A stretch of 59,348 nt of DNA from a virus. Lineage: Duplodnaviria; Caudoviricetes. A program made the position numbers and the translations under genes. Below, piece after piece: positions 29,401 to 38,498 of this stretch. Under the pieces are notes generated by a model. It saw only the letters and a list, made by a program, of their open reading frames with translations. It was not told where the DNA came from and did no database searches. The stretch spans positions 1 through 59,348 of the IMG/VR virus record IMGVR_UViG_3300032242_002944. One strand, written 5' to 3'. Within the stretch, counting starts at the first letter, position 1, and each line of letters opens with the position of its first letter.

Positions 29401-29540
29401 GTCCCGAAACGCTTACGTACGCCGCCTACCTTTCGGTAGATGCAGTTGGTCATCGCCTGCGGACGGACGCCCGCAGTGGTCTCCGTGCTCTCATCCAGAC
29501 CCCCCGCGATCGGAAGGTCAACCGTGATGGTATTGCTCAT
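26412..29540 (-). CDS. Tail tubular / DNA-stabilisation (nozzle) protein
   Basis: 1042 aa beta-propeller-like; GGLDE..., N.....G...KR.G N-terminus; WFSKE, GCVD..SV...P.GL.F...G.Y C-terminal motifs. Confidence 0.75.
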   Translation of the reverse strand: MSNTITVDLPIAGGLDESTETTAGVRPQAMTNCIYRKVGGVRKRFGTTKINTSANVVPQDGARKPLPATAPTDTFVTGLFNAGNTLALQTDCSTYTYSAAQNALVRNDIAISLPATETAVAGYGKVGSQGDTSYTPRICGFDSDANATYQVLAWLEVSTDSGGTPVINLYSEVRAVATEEVVVPKFPIEALGTSGADSFVRVVYFNSKFLIVFTTNNGAAGTLKRTEFDPSTMQFATSVTAYGLTGAKSFDVSACTAGSYYSIAYGAIATSNVTLKTFNTSHSVVSTSTLTYGTGGTATQTTGIATYYSSGYIWVVQTGTSSSSVNLIVATVSAGTISSSSSKAVLDATTTASQLAVNATNNTTAFISWTIRSGTNQYSSFGIYNTTGAFPSGTSNLQTVYNADILSRPELITYGNNTYVVQLVLTSAFPSTTTTTGNISLVWWWNDPSGPGTVTASWVKPQVASVCRTRAASGNPVVVGAATLPPAGKLAQPSASTLVGAAAYSLDTGNYTSLVSYKWDLSSTLPSVNDSLGGLAYTPNGGCRTFDGTQINEAVPYDFPGMTVTWSASGGSLTAGAAYTFAACWAYTDKRGNTVRSAPFSVATAVGSANTNASVKVSSPQISDSVWNNRPALLELYMTPKNDDRLFLKRTVEVTPSTGTYTFAISDEPNASYRQLYTTGGVLDNVCPTGGTAIAAWQGRMWVGGTPDDTIWFSKEYVATERPGFNEGLTVQPFQGGRVVALQGLDQHLIVLKDSALYSITGQGPNDEGVDGAYSLPTLISDEVGCVDRNSVVYTPVGLVFRGPRGMYVLGPKLELTYVGRQVEDTLSSSVTITGAVVYPKDSQAWFFCNNGTVLVFDYLNMAWSKFNFANAAGSSITPVTGCVWNGDLYFADTALNIYKYDRSSYLDGGATFVQMVFMTSFVTPEGAADEGWHRVKSITVKLERLSSDECGTFVSSLTDYNTTATDSRTWTSAEMAALSGGATQRVLQVFPSTQKISAVAAYFYDNVASPTNSGQGYAIQSFGVEFVPTPRPTKRPSGNRK

Positions 29541-29962
29541 GAGTTGGCCGACCTGGAGAGTTCATAAAACGCACCGTTGAAGCACAGAAGCTGCAAGGAG
29601 TCCGCGGGGCCGCCCGCCCAGTCGACGCCGCCCGCTAGCAGAATGTTCGGCGTGGTCGACGAGTTGTGCTTGACCGTCACCGTGCCGGTGCCGACGTTGA
29701 GCAGCACCAGGACCAAGTCGTCCTGCGCGCCCGTGAAGTTCGTAAGGTTGTACGTGTACGGCGAGTTGAGATAAATGATAACCCGTGAACCAGGTACAGC
29801 GTCTGTCACGTCCGGCGTGCTGGAGCCGAACTGGTTCAGTACAAACGGCTTCACGCGGGCGTACAGGTCGTTGACCGCCAGCCGCACCTGTTTTACCATT
29901 TCGTCCAGGAGCCGCGTCCCGGACCGAAACGGTGCGATCTTGTACGTGTTGTTTGTGCTCAC
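29537..29962 (-). CDS. Tail-associated structural protein
   Basis: Coupled within tail operon; beta-rich C-terminus. Confidence 0.55.
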   Translation of the reverse strand: MSTNNTYKIAPFRSGTRLLDEMVKQVRLAVNDLYARVKPFVLNQFGSSTPDVTDAVPGSRVIIYLNSPYTYNLTNFTGAQDDLVLVLLNVGTGTVTVKHNSSTTPNILLAGGVDWAGGPADSLQLLCFNGAFYELSRSANS

Positions 29963-30945
29963 GGGCGGAAGTACCGGCGGAAGCGCAGGTAGCGCTGCCG
30001 AGTCGAGTTCTGGATGTGCTTGGCGTCGCTGGAGCGGCCCTGGTTTATGACCGACCGGATCTTTTTCTCAATTTCGCCCATGGCGCTCGTCAGGAGCGAC
30101 GCCAGCTCCAGGTCCTCGTCCTTCAGCGCCATCCTGCGGGCGGCGTAGTGGGCGATCCACTCGTCGGTGAAATTATAGACCTCGATCGTGGACGACGTCG
30201 TCGCGAACGTCGGCGCGTTCGGGTAGTAGTGCATCCGGAGAGTCGTGCCGTTGTTCGGCTGAGGATAGAACCCGATCCAGTTGCCGCCTTGTAGGTCGGA
30301 CCGAATGTCGTACTTCACCGGCGCGCCGACGGGCAGGAGCACGGTGTCCCGGAAGACGGCGTTGTCCATCCGCTCCATCGGGGACAGCATGACTGGGCCG
30401 GGCCAGCCGGCGGCGATGACCATGCAGGCGTGGATTTTGTAGAAATCCGACGGCAGGGCGTAGTACTGCTGGTTCGCGTTGAGGGAGACCGGAGACGTTG
30501 CGACGCTGTAGACGTTATTGAGCGTGTACGTGCCTGCGACGAACGTGACGGTGATGCCCGTCGTCCCCAGTGAAACGGCCGAGGCAGAGGCGTTCTGGGC
30601 CGTCTGGTACGTCGTGCCGCCGTCCAGGGAGTACTGAAACTGGGCCGGGGTGCCAAGCGTGCCGCCCGTGCTGATCTTGATACGGATGTTGGCGAAGTCG
30701 CCCACCGGGTTGCCGCCAAACGTGATGGTCGGGTCTGAGCCTGTCTGTGTCACTGTGCCGTAGGTGAGCCAACCCTTGCCACCCCAAAAAAACCCGTTGG
30801 CGCTGGTGATAGTCTCCCAAATCTCGGCGCTGCCGGTGTTGAGATAAGTTAGAATCTCGGGGTCCGGAAACCGCGTCGTGGCGCCTTCTTGGTCGGCCAG
30901 CCGGCGGGCGTTCGTGATGATCGTCGAGGCTGCTACCGTAGGCAT
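29959..30945 (-). CDS. Head-tail adaptor with inserted beta domain
   Basis: II.NARRLAD...EILTYLN....EIW N-terminus, QYYALPSDFYKI, FYPQP, helical C-terminus. Confidence 0.7.
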   Translation of the reverse strand: MPTVAASTIITNARRLADQEGATTRFPDPEILTYLNTGSAEIWETITSANGFFWGGKGWLTYGTVTQTGSDPTITFGGNPVGDFANIRIKISTGGTLGTPAQFQYSLDGGTTYQTAQNASASAVSLGTTGITVTFVAGTYTLNNVYSVATSPVSLNANQQYYALPSDFYKIHACMVIAAGWPGPVMLSPMERMDNAVFRDTVLLPVGAPVKYDIRSDLQGGNWIGFYPQPNNGTTLRMHYYPNAPTFATTSSTIEVYNFTDEWIAHYAARRMALKDEDLELASLLTSAMGEIEKKIRSVINQGRSSDAKHIQNSTRQRYLRFRRYFRP

Positions 30946-30957
30946 CGGCTACCATTG

Positions 30958-30995
30958 AAAGGGAAACGCCCCGGCCCCATCTTGGGACCGGGGCG
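30958..30995 (-). terminator. Rho-independent terminator after capsid genes
   Basis: CGCCCCGGTCCCA-AGA-TGGGGCCGGGGCG followed by TTTCCCTTT on minus strand. Confidence 0.65.
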
Positions 30996-31019
30996 CCACC
31001 CTAAGTTCAAGTCAAGTTT

Positions 31020-31253
31020 TCAGCGGGTCATGCACTCAAGCGCGCCCTTGAAGGCGAGCTTGAATGATTCGGCATCGTCATCCTGGATGGCATCCCAGGC
31101 GTCTTGAGCGTAGGAGTCGACCTCGTCGCCCTCGTCCTTTTCGTCAGCCTCGTCCGCCGCTTCCATTTTACCGGAAGACTTGGGCGAAGCCTTGTCCAGG
31201 CCGAGGGCGATCATGAGACCGCCCCCCTTCTTCGGCTTCTCAGAAGTAGGCAT
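31020..31253 (-). CDS. Small acidic hypothetical protein
   Basis: Within head operon. Confidence 0.55.
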   Translation of the reverse strand: MPTSEKPKKGGGLMIALGLDKASPKSSGKMEAADEADEKDEGDEVDSYAQDAWDAIQDDDAESFKLAFKGALECMTR

Positions 31254-31698
31254 AGCCAACACCAGAAGCCGTTACGACGAACATCCAGCTTACCTGCGCG
31301 ATCGACGCAGGGTCGACCTTGGAACCTAGCGCGTTCCAGATTTGCAGGACGAGCTGGGGCCCGCCGGCCGTGGTCATGTCCCACGTCCCAGAAACCCAGT
31401 TGCCTGCGCTGGTGAGGTCGTTGATTTCGAAGCTCGCCCCGACGATCTGCGAGATAAAGTCGGAGTTGTCGAAAACTACGGTGTAGTTTCCCATGTTGTT
31501 GTAGGTGACGGAAGCGATTCCGAAACCTTGGAACAGGCTGTACACCGTAGCGCCGCTGCCAGACGTGGTAGCGGCGGGGATGAGTGCCGTGCCGTTACTG
31601 GGCACCGTTCCAGACGCGAACGCCTGGAACGACCCGGTAATCAGCTTCGCGTCGGGGACGGTAGTCCCCCGCCAAGGCAGGATGTTTGTGTCAGCCAT
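31240..31698 (-). CDS. Virion structural / decoration protein
   Basis: Beta-rich, GIASVT....GNYTVVF motif. Confidence 0.55.
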   Translation of the reverse strand: MADTNILPWRGTTVPDAKLITGSFQAFASGTVPSNGTALIPAATTSGSGATVYSLFQGFGIASVTYNNMGNYTVVFDNSDFISQIVGASFEINDLTSAGNWVSGTWDMTTAGGPQLVLQIWNALGSKVDPASIAQVSWMFVVTASGVGYAYF

Positions 31699-31704
31699 GC
31701 TGGT

Positions 31705-32229
31705 TCACCGGGGGCGGAGGGTGAGGGTGAGGACGCCCGTCGTCACACCAACACCCGTACCCAAAACCGCCAACTGGTACCCGAAGGACCCGCCCTGCAC
31801 GACTTCAGCGTTCGAGACGTTGAGCGAGGTGAGGGACGAACTCCCGTAGGTGTTCACGTTGGCGGCGAGGTTGGCGGTGTTGATTTCGCCGACGTTGGTC
31901 CGGGTGCCCGCAGCATCGCGCTTCCAAATGGTAAGCACGAGGCCGTTGGCGCCGGTGTTCTGGGACAGCGGGGTAACGAGGCTCGCCGAAGCGATGACCG
32001 CGTTGCCCGTGAAGTCCGTGGCGGCGAGAGACCCGACAATGACGTTGTCCACGGCCGTGTTGATCGCGGAGATCGGGTACGTGAATCGGGTCGTCCCGAC
32101 CGCGAGCTGGGCCTCGTACGCCGCGGCGTTGTTCGCCGTGACGCCAGAGGCGTTGTTCGCCGCGTAGGCCCTTTCGGACCCCGCCAGCGACAGGAGCTGA
32201 TTGACAAGAATGGTGCGGTTAGAAGCCAT
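31705..32229 (-). CDS. Putative capsid decoration protein
   Basis: Immediately after MCP, GAGG RBS, beta-rich. Confidence 0.55.
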   Translation of the reverse strand: MASNRTILVNQLLSLAGSERAYAANNASGVTANNAAAYEAQLAVGTTRFTYPISAINTAVDNVIVGSLAATDFTGNAVIASASLVTPLSQNTGANGLVLTIWKRDAAGTRTNVGEINTANLAANVNTYGSSSLTSLNVSNAEVVQGGSFGYQLAVLGTGVGVTTGVLTLTLRPR

Positions 32230-32246
32230 TTTACTGGGTCCTCACT

Positions 32247-33488
32247 TCACGTGGGTTGCGCGAGCGTCATGTCGAGGACACAATGCAGGCCAGGGTTATG
32301 AACAACGAACTGACCGTAGCCGCCCATGCGGCCTTGGAACGCGTTCGCGGTGGGCTCCATGTCGTACTTCGTGCCGTCGAGGGTCAGGAAGTCCGGGAAG
32401 GCGCCCGCGGTGCGGAGGACGATGTCGTCGAGCTTGAGCAAGTAAATCTTGCCCTTCGGGCAGTCCGCATCCGGGAACACGCGGACCGAGGTCCCGCCCG
32501 GCTTGACGAACTCAAGACCAGAGAAGCCGATCTTGCCAACAGTCTCGTTCAGGGCGGTACCAAACTTCTTGGTCTGGTTCGCCATTTCGAGGCTGTAGAA
32601 GTCGTCCGGGTGCATGAACACGTGGCTGGGGTCAGCCCCGAGGTTCGCGCACTCGGTGAGAGCGCGCTTGACCGCGTCCTCGATCTGGAGCCCCTTGCCG
32701 CCCACGCGCACGCCGGCGAGGCGGTGGCGCATAAGCGTGCGGTCCATCGTCCAGAGCGTTCCGACGGAGGCGTCGGCAACGTTGGAGATGTACGCATCGA
32801 GGCCGTAGATGACGTTCTGCGAGTCGCCCGCCGGGACGAGGTAGTCGCCCGTCGCCCAAGCCGCGGGGGCGTTGGCCGTGAGGGTGATGGTACCGAGCGA
32901 AGCGCTGATCGAAAGCACCGTGGCCGGCCCGCCGGCGCGGAGCGTCGGAGCGGAGCCGTACATGGCGCCGGAATTCGAGTAGGCGTTGATCTGGTCGCCC
33001 GGCTCGAAGTTGCGGATGGTGCGTCGGTCGTTCAGGGTGACAGTGACGGTGGAGGGGGCCGTCACGGTCGAGATGCGACCAATCGCGCCGCCGCCGTCGC
33101 CGTAGATCATCCAGCACATGCTGCGCTTGAACTTCTTCGTGGCGCGCTCAAGCTCGCCCGTAAGAATGCGCTCCACGGCGCCCGCGTCGTTGCGCGAAAG
33201 CTGGATCTGCTTGTGATCGACCGACCAAATGACGTAGTTGTCGTTGGAGGTGATGACCATCCGGGCGAACTTCGACGGAGCGCGCAGGGCGAGCGCCGTG
33301 TTGAAGTCCGAGGACCGGCCCGCGACGGGGCCGTAGTTGACGACGACGTCGTAGGCGTTGCCGGACCACGAGGTGTCCTTCGGCGTCATGGCCAGAAGGG
33401 GGGCCTCCTTGTAGTACGTCGACTCCAGCGAGTCATGCCAAATATCCTTCAGGATATTGGCGGTGTTTACCGTGTTTGCAGCAGTCAT
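32247..33488 (-). CDS. Major capsid protein
   Basis: 413 aa after scaffold; ILKD.W....., IYGDGGG.IG.I, IYGL..Y, V.PDADCP.G..YLL; strongly C-ending codons. Confidence 0.85.
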   Translation of the reverse strand: MTAANTVNTANILKDIWHDSLESTYYKEAPLLAMTPKDTSWSGNAYDVVVNYGPVAGRSSDFNTALALRAPSKFARMVITSNDNYVIWSVDHKQIQLSRNDAGAVERILTGELERATKKFKRSMCWMIYGDGGGAIGRISTVTAPSTVTVTLNDRRTIRNFEPGDQINAYSNSGAMYGSAPTLRAGGPATVLSISASLGTITLTANAPAAWATGDYLVPAGDSQNVIYGLDAYISNVADASVGTLWTMDRTLMRHRLAGVRVGGKGLQIEDAVKRALTECANLGADPSHVFMHPDDFYSLEMANQTKKFGTALNETVGKIGFSGLEFVKPGGTSVRVFPDADCPKGKIYLLKLDDIVLRTAGAFPDFLTLDGTKYDMEPTANAFQGRMGGYGQFVVHNPGLHCVLDMTLAQPT

Positions 33489-33499
33489 TGAAGCTCCAG

Positions 33500-34468
33500 T
33501 TACTTATCTCGGAACTTTCCGAGCATAGAATCAATTGCTTGGCGTCTCTCGGCCGCGCGCTGCTCCTTGGTTTTATCTCGACCGGAGGCGACTTCGGCTG
33601 CTACCGCATTCCCGATGTTTGCGGTGGAGGCTCGCTTTGATTCTTTTTCGCTGGGCTTCGATCCAAAAGGCGGTTTGGCCGCCTGCGGGGCAGGCACCTG
33701 TCGTGCCTTTTTCTTACCCTCTACATTTTGAATCCAATCTTGATGAAGTGCAAGCATTTTCTTCGCCACAACTTCAAAATCGGTAGACTCGCCGGCTTTT
33801 TCCTGCATTTCGGTGACATGGTATGCCGCCCGAAGCAGGCTATCGTCGTCGTAGTAGTCCGTCAGCTCCTCGTAGGCTGCGTCCTTGAAGGTATTGACCA
33901 TCACCGCCTCGCGGCGGGACTTTTCGGCCGCAAATGCCTGATATTCCTTTTGTTTTTCCCTCTGCTGCTGCGTCTGGAGCTGCGCTTTCACCTGCTCCAG
34001 CTCGGCCTTGACGGAATCAAAGTCCGGATTCTTGATGGCGGAGGTCAGCTCGCGCTTCATCTCCTCCATTTGCCGGCGCTGCTTGGCCTCGGGGGCGTCC
34101 GCGTCAACGAAGTAGTCGTGGAGGCGGTTGAAAACCTGTTCGGGCTTCAGCCCCAGGTTGGAAAACGCCTTGATCGGGTCGTTGTAGGCGTTCGCCCACT
34201 TCTCGGCCTCTGCCTGGATCTTGGCCTCACGGGCCTCCAGCTCCTTCATCCGGGCCTGGAGGGCAGATTCAGACGCCTGGTACTTCTTCGCGCTCTCCGC
34301 CGCCTTGCGGGTGGCCTCCAGCCGCTGCTGGAGAGCGGCCTGGCGGGCCTTGATCAGTTCGGCGCGCTGCGTGTCGGCCGCGGGCGCGGTGGTTTCGGGG
34401 GTCTGCGGCGCCGCTTGCTCTGCTTCGACGGGCGCCGGTGCGGGGGTGGCTTCGGTAACGTCACTCAT
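33500..34468 (-). CDS. Capsid scaffolding protein
   Basis: Charged coiled coil with disordered N-terminus, between portal and MCP. Confidence 0.75.
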   Translation of the reverse strand: MSDVTEATPAPAPVEAEQAAPQTPETTAPAADTQRAELIKARQAALQQRLEATRKAAESAKKYQASESALQARMKELEAREAKIQAEAEKWANAYNDPIKAFSNLGLKPEQVFNRLHDYFVDADAPEAKQRRQMEEMKRELTSAIKNPDFDSVKAELEQVKAQLQTQQQREKQKEYQAFAAEKSRREAVMVNTFKDAAYEELTDYYDDDSLLRAAYHVTEMQEKAGESTDFEVVAKKMLALHQDWIQNVEGKKKARQVPAPQAAKPPFGSKPSEKESKRASTANIGNAVAAEVASGRDKTKEQRAAERRQAIDSMLGKFRDK

Positions 34469-36417
34469 TGCGGAATCGAACCTGTTTGGGTTGCAGCGGC
34501 CAATTGACTAGCGGTCAAACCCGAGTCACCGCCGGGTGCGGGACCGGGACCGGGGCCCGGAGGGGGTCCCGGAAGTGCGGGGGGTGCGGGTGCGCCCATG
34601 TCGGGGGGCGGAGGTGCGCCGCCCCCGTCAGGGGGAGGGCCTTGCTGGGCAGCCGCCGCTTGCTGAAGCTCATCCTGGACAGCCAGAATGAAGTCTCGCA
34701 AAAGCTGGAGGCGCTCTTCCGGCTCGCCGGAGTTCTGGGCGCGCAGGAGGGCCTGGTTCGCCTTCTTCATGCAAAGCTGGAGGTCGAAGAACGGCTCAGG
34801 GGCCGTGTAGGCTTCCTCCAGCGGAACGTCTTCGTCCAGCATCCGCTCAATGATGCGCTCGGCGGTCTCGTATTTGGCACGCTCCAAATCGTCGAACCGC
34901 TCAATGTCCGGGAATTCCAGCAAAGATCGGCCCTCTTCGGGCGAGATGAACTTTGAGTTGATCCAAGACTCGACTTGCGCCGCGCGCATGGTAGGCTCTT
35001 GCTTCAGCATCGAGGTTGGGAAGACCTCCAGGCTGAACGTGTCCCGGTCCATGCGAACCTTTGAGTAGTCGATTTGCTGCAAGAACTTCCGATAGCCGCT
35101 CTTGCCAGGGGCAGTGATGGTGACCTCGCCGCCGTCGTCCACGATCTCTTCAAAGAGGCGGATCATGTGGTCGGCGACGTCGATGCAGAACTGCTCATAG
35201 AGCTTGGACGCCACGTAGAACCGCTCGCTCCGGTTCTCGTTGTGGAGCTGGAGGGCGATGCCCGTCGCCTCGCGGAGGGCCTTGGGCAGATCGCTCTGCG
35301 CCGCGGTCTGGGACACGCCTGTCGTGTCGAACGACATGCTGTAGACCTGTTTGACGAGGTCCCAAAGCTGGGGCTGGAACGGTGCGGGCTGGATGACGGA
35401 CGGGACGAAGCCTTGGTTGTGCTCAATCACCGGCCAGGGGGAGTTGTCCAGCATGTCGATGTTGATCTCGCTGCCGTTGGGCACTGCGAGATAACTGGGG
35501 GCCAGCTCCGCCATCTGTTGGACACGACGGGCGATCGTGTTTACGGTGTACTGGTGCGACATGAGCTGCCGCCCGAAGCCCGTCCCAAAGTACCCGAGAC
35601 TGGGCGGCATTACGTACAACGGGAACAGCGGCGCGCGGTCGTACTCGTATTTCTCTTTCAAAAGAGTCGCGTTCGACACGCAGATCGAGTGCCAGCCGTC
35701 TTTCGCCTTCGGGCCGCTCGCGAGGTGCCAGGCTTCAACGACGATAATTGCGTCGCTGTCCGTCGCGCTGGACGCGGAGAAGTAGTCGGAGAACTGAGAG
35801 TCCGCTCGTTCGATCTTCTCAGCGAACTTCGGAAACCGCTCCTTCAGGACCAGCCGGTCGACGAGCCGTGTCAGGTAGATCGTTCGCGGGGCTCCGTAGA
35901 TAGAATCCCTGGGGTCGACATCGACCTCCCAGGGCAGGACGCGGTCGTAGCAGATATCCTCGCCGTCGCGGTAAACGAACGCGAAGCCGGTCCCGTAGAG
36001 GACCGAATCGCGGATGATGGAGAAGTTGGTCGGCCAGACCTTGGACTTGGTGAACTGACCCTCAATCGCCTGCCCGAGGAGCCGTGCGCGCTTCTGCTGG
36101 GAGAACGACCCCTCGCTGGTCAGCGGCATCGGCAGTGGGCGGGCCTTCGCGAGCTGCGTCGAGAGCGCGTCCACGTTTGGACGCACCACGTTCAAGGTCA
36201 GCGTCGGGTCCGTGTCCCCGGAAGACCCAGCCCAGCCGTACAGGCTGGACACCGAAGCAGCCTCGGCGTCGTCATACAAAGAATTTGAGTACAAATACTG
36301 CTGACGCCGCGAACCGGTGCGATTGCGGATTCGTTGAACGTGGGAAAAAATAGCACCAGCAGTGTCTGAAACGCTGGAAAGCCACCACCTAAGATCGCTT
36401 TTTGAAGAATCAACCAT
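34465..36417 (-). CDS. Portal protein
   Basis: 650 aa; LNVVR..VD, RDSVLYGTG, VVEAWHL, G.G.QL, TGVSQ...Q, Pro-rich tail. Confidence 0.85.
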   Translation of the reverse strand: MVDSSKSDLRWWLSSVSDTAGAIFSHVQRIRNRTGSRRQQYLYSNSLYDDAEAASVSSLYGWAGSSGDTDPTLTLNVVRPNVDALSTQLAKARPLPMPLTSEGSFSQQKRARLLGQAIEGQFTKSKVWPTNFSIIRDSVLYGTGFAFVYRDGEDICYDRVLPWEVDVDPRDSIYGAPRTIYLTRLVDRLVLKERFPKFAEKIERADSQFSDYFSASSATDSDAIIVVEAWHLASGPKAKDGWHSICVSNATLLKEKYEYDRAPLFPLYVMPPSLGYFGTGFGRQLMSHQYTVNTIARRVQQMAELAPSYLAVPNGSEINIDMLDNSPWPVIEHNQGFVPSVIQPAPFQPQLWDLVKQVYSMSFDTTGVSQTAAQSDLPKALREATGIALQLHNENRSERFYVASKLYEQFCIDVADHMIRLFEEIVDDGGEVTITAPGKSGYRKFLQQIDYSKVRMDRDTFSLEVFPTSMLKQEPTMRAAQVESWINSKFISPEEGRSLLEFPDIERFDDLERAKYETAERIIERMLDEDVPLEEAYTAPEPFFDLQLCMKKANQALLRAQNSGEPEERLQLLRDFILAVQDELQQAAAAQQGPPPDGGGAPPPPDMGAPAPPALPGPPPGPGPGPAPGGDSGLTASQLAAATQTGSIPQ

Positions 36418-36453
36418 AAGGGTGTCCTATTTTACCACAAAACTTGTGAGGTT

Positions 36454-36939
36454 TCAAGGCAGGTTCTTCCAAGTTCGTTTAAGTTTGATAGAAGAGACTT
36501 GAGCCTGGGAGATTCCGAATTTCTCGGAAAGGTCTGCTTGGCGGACACCCTCAGAGATCAATCTCCTGATTTCCAGCACCTGTTCGTTATTCAACTTCGC
36601 TTGTCCGTGCTCCTGCCCACGCATGGTGCGCACGCGCCGACGCCCTCTTTCGAGCATGTCCATGTAGTTGTCAGCCATTGTCCCGATCTCTAGGTGGGCT
36701 GGGTTGACGCACGCCGGATTATCACATTTGTGACGGACAATAGTTCCGTGATGTCCCACCCCTTCGGGGATAGGCCCGTTCTTCATTTCGTACGCCAGCC
36801 TGTGAGCGTAAGCGGTCTTCCCCCGGAAATGAAGCTGCCCGTACCTCGCAGGGGTTAGCCACGACGTCCACGGCCAACACTCATTAGGCCCGCGAACGTC
36901 TACCTTTGACCAAAAGCGCTGTTGGATGTCTGCTTTCAA
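36454..36939 (-). CDS. HNH homing endonuclease with C-terminal HTH
   Basis: RFWSKVD...ECWPW...YG...AHRLAY...VRHKCDNPACVNPAHLEIGT..DN..DM. Confidence 0.92.
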   Translation of the reverse strand: MKADIQQRFWSKVDVRGPNECWPWTSWLTPARYGQLHFRGKTAYAHRLAYEMKNGPIPEGVGHHGTIVRHKCDNPACVNPAHLEIGTMADNYMDMLERGRRRVRTMRGQEHGQAKLNNEQVLEIRRLISEGVRQADLSEKFGISQAQVSSIKLKRTWKNLP

Positions 36940-37136
36940 AATTGACCATTCGGGAACAGATTTCGCATGACCCGTCGCTTGGCGGCTTCTTCCTGGGCCG
37001 CACGGTCTCGCTCGTGGTCGCCTGGCTTCAGGGGTGCCGGGCCGAGCTGGAGGGCGATCTTGTTGGGGATCGTGAGAGCCGTCACGCCATGCTCGCGCAT
37101 GAGCTTGATGAGTTCGAGAATTTCAGCGTTTTCCAC
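36936..37136 (-). CDS. Hypothetical protein
   Basis: Coupled small ORF (ELIKLMREHGV). Confidence 0.55.
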   Translation of the reverse strand: MENAEILELIKLMREHGVTALTIPNKIALQLGPAPLKPGDHERDRAAQEEAAKRRVMRNLFPNGQF

Positions 37137-37878
37137 TTTGAAAGATCCTATCGTAGTGGTACATGAGCTTGTGAACCGGGTACTTCGCCAGCCCAGCCTG
37201 CGTCATTTCGGCCAAACACCAGTGATTCCCGCGGGTTAGCCCGCCGAACGCGGCGTCTGTCTTCCAGTCGATCCTCGTCATGTCCTTGTAGGGCGGCACG
37301 ACCGCTCGACGGTGCGCGTGCCTCTCGTTCCCGAGCAGACTAGGCAGCGCGTCGTCGTGCTCAACGAGGCTGACCGCCGGAGTCCAGTGCAGCCGCTCCG
37401 TGGCCATACAAAAGAAGTCCATAGGGGCGTCCGCACCGTACTCCAGTAATGGCTTGGGGTACGCCAAGTCCATGAATTTCAAAAAATCGCGAATGACCCT
37501 TTTAGGGGCGCAATACATACCCGTCCCGTCATAACGGGTGACCCACGACAGCCCGGCCCCGATGGCGGCGGGGGCGACAGGCGTGTTGCAGTAAAACGAT
37601 ACCACTTCTTTGGGGACTGCCGATACGGCCGCGTGCGATACCTGAACGAACTTGTCACAAAGAATCAAGTCGTCTTCAAGCAGGGAAACGTGTGTGCAGT
37701 CTTGGGATAGCCCGTGCTCCAGGAGCGCACGCGCAGTCGACCACGGTCCGTGCCTGTCGGGGTCCTCCGCGACCGTATAGTCGGCGTCGCCCAACTCCCG
37801 CTTCATGTCTGACACCAGCCGGACCCGCTCCGGGGTCGGAACGTGCATGATTCCGTAATGGATCTTCACGCGCCCCAT
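37123..37878 (-). CDS. Glycosyltransferase-like protein (GT-A, GT25-like)
   Basis: IMHVP..ER, HVSLLEDD, SLVEH...PSLLG. Confidence 0.65.
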   Translation of the reverse strand: MGRVKIHYGIMHVPTPERVRLVSDMKRELGDADYTVAEDPDRHGPWSTARALLEHGLSQDCTHVSLLEDDLILCDKFVQVSHAAVSAVPKEVVSFYCNTPVAPAAIGAGLSWVTRYDGTGMYCAPKRVIRDFLKFMDLAYPKPLLEYGADAPMDFFCMATERLHWTPAVSLVEHDDALPSLLGNERHAHRRAVVPPYKDMTRIDWKTDAAFGGLTRGNHWCLAEMTQAGLAKYPVHKLMYHYDRIFQSGKR

Positions 37879-38498
37879 GTGTACGCCCCCTTATGCGTCG
37901 TTACGACGGTCGGGTCCATGTAGACCTTCTCTCCGAGAGAGATCCAATCCTGACAGACGCAGTAATCCTCCGAGTACAGTACCCCTCCGACGATCGGAGT
38001 CCGGAACACGGGGTAAAATCGTTCTGGATTACGGGAGTCAGTTTGGTAAGGTTGCAACTTCACCCTTTCCACCAGCCGCTCGGCTACCTCGCGTTTCCAA
38101 ATCATGAAACCTGTGCCCGCATACCGAACCGGCACGAGGCCGGACTCCGTAGGCTCGCCGACAGGCTCCGACATGACGTATTCCAACGGTTTGCGAGGAT
38201 CCCCCTTCTTCGGATACCGCCCCACGATGAACTTCTCCGGAAGGGAACACAGCCGGAGGATGTCCGACGGGTTGAACCCAATGTCGCCGTCAATCCACAC
38301 GATGTGCGTGCAGTCCGTCCGCAAGGCGTTCTGGAGCATCCGGTCGCGGGCCCGCGTGACCAGACTCTCGTACCACAGGTGCCCGCGATAGAGAGTGTGG
38401 TCCGTGCGAGCGAACTCTTGCTGAAGTTTCAGCAAGGATTCCACGTAGTTACCTGCATAGTTCCCGTCGTAGGACGGCGTGGCAATGAAGATTTTCAA
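37866..38498 (-). CDS. Glycosyltransferase (GT-A fold)
   Basis: IFIATPSY, ESLVTRARD, THIVWIDGD (DxD), G.YPKK, GTGFM, SEDY, H.G. Confidence 0.85.
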   Translation of the reverse strand: MKIFIATPSYDGNYAGNYVESLLKLQQEFARTDHTLYRGHLWYESLVTRARDRMLQNALRTDCTHIVWIDGDIGFNPSDILRLCSLPEKFIVGRYPKKGDPRKPLEYVMSEPVGEPTESGLVPVRYAGTGFMIWKREVAERLVERVKLQPYQTDSRNPERFYPVFRTPIVGGVLYSEDYCVCQDWISLGEKVYMDPTVVTTHKGAYTWGA

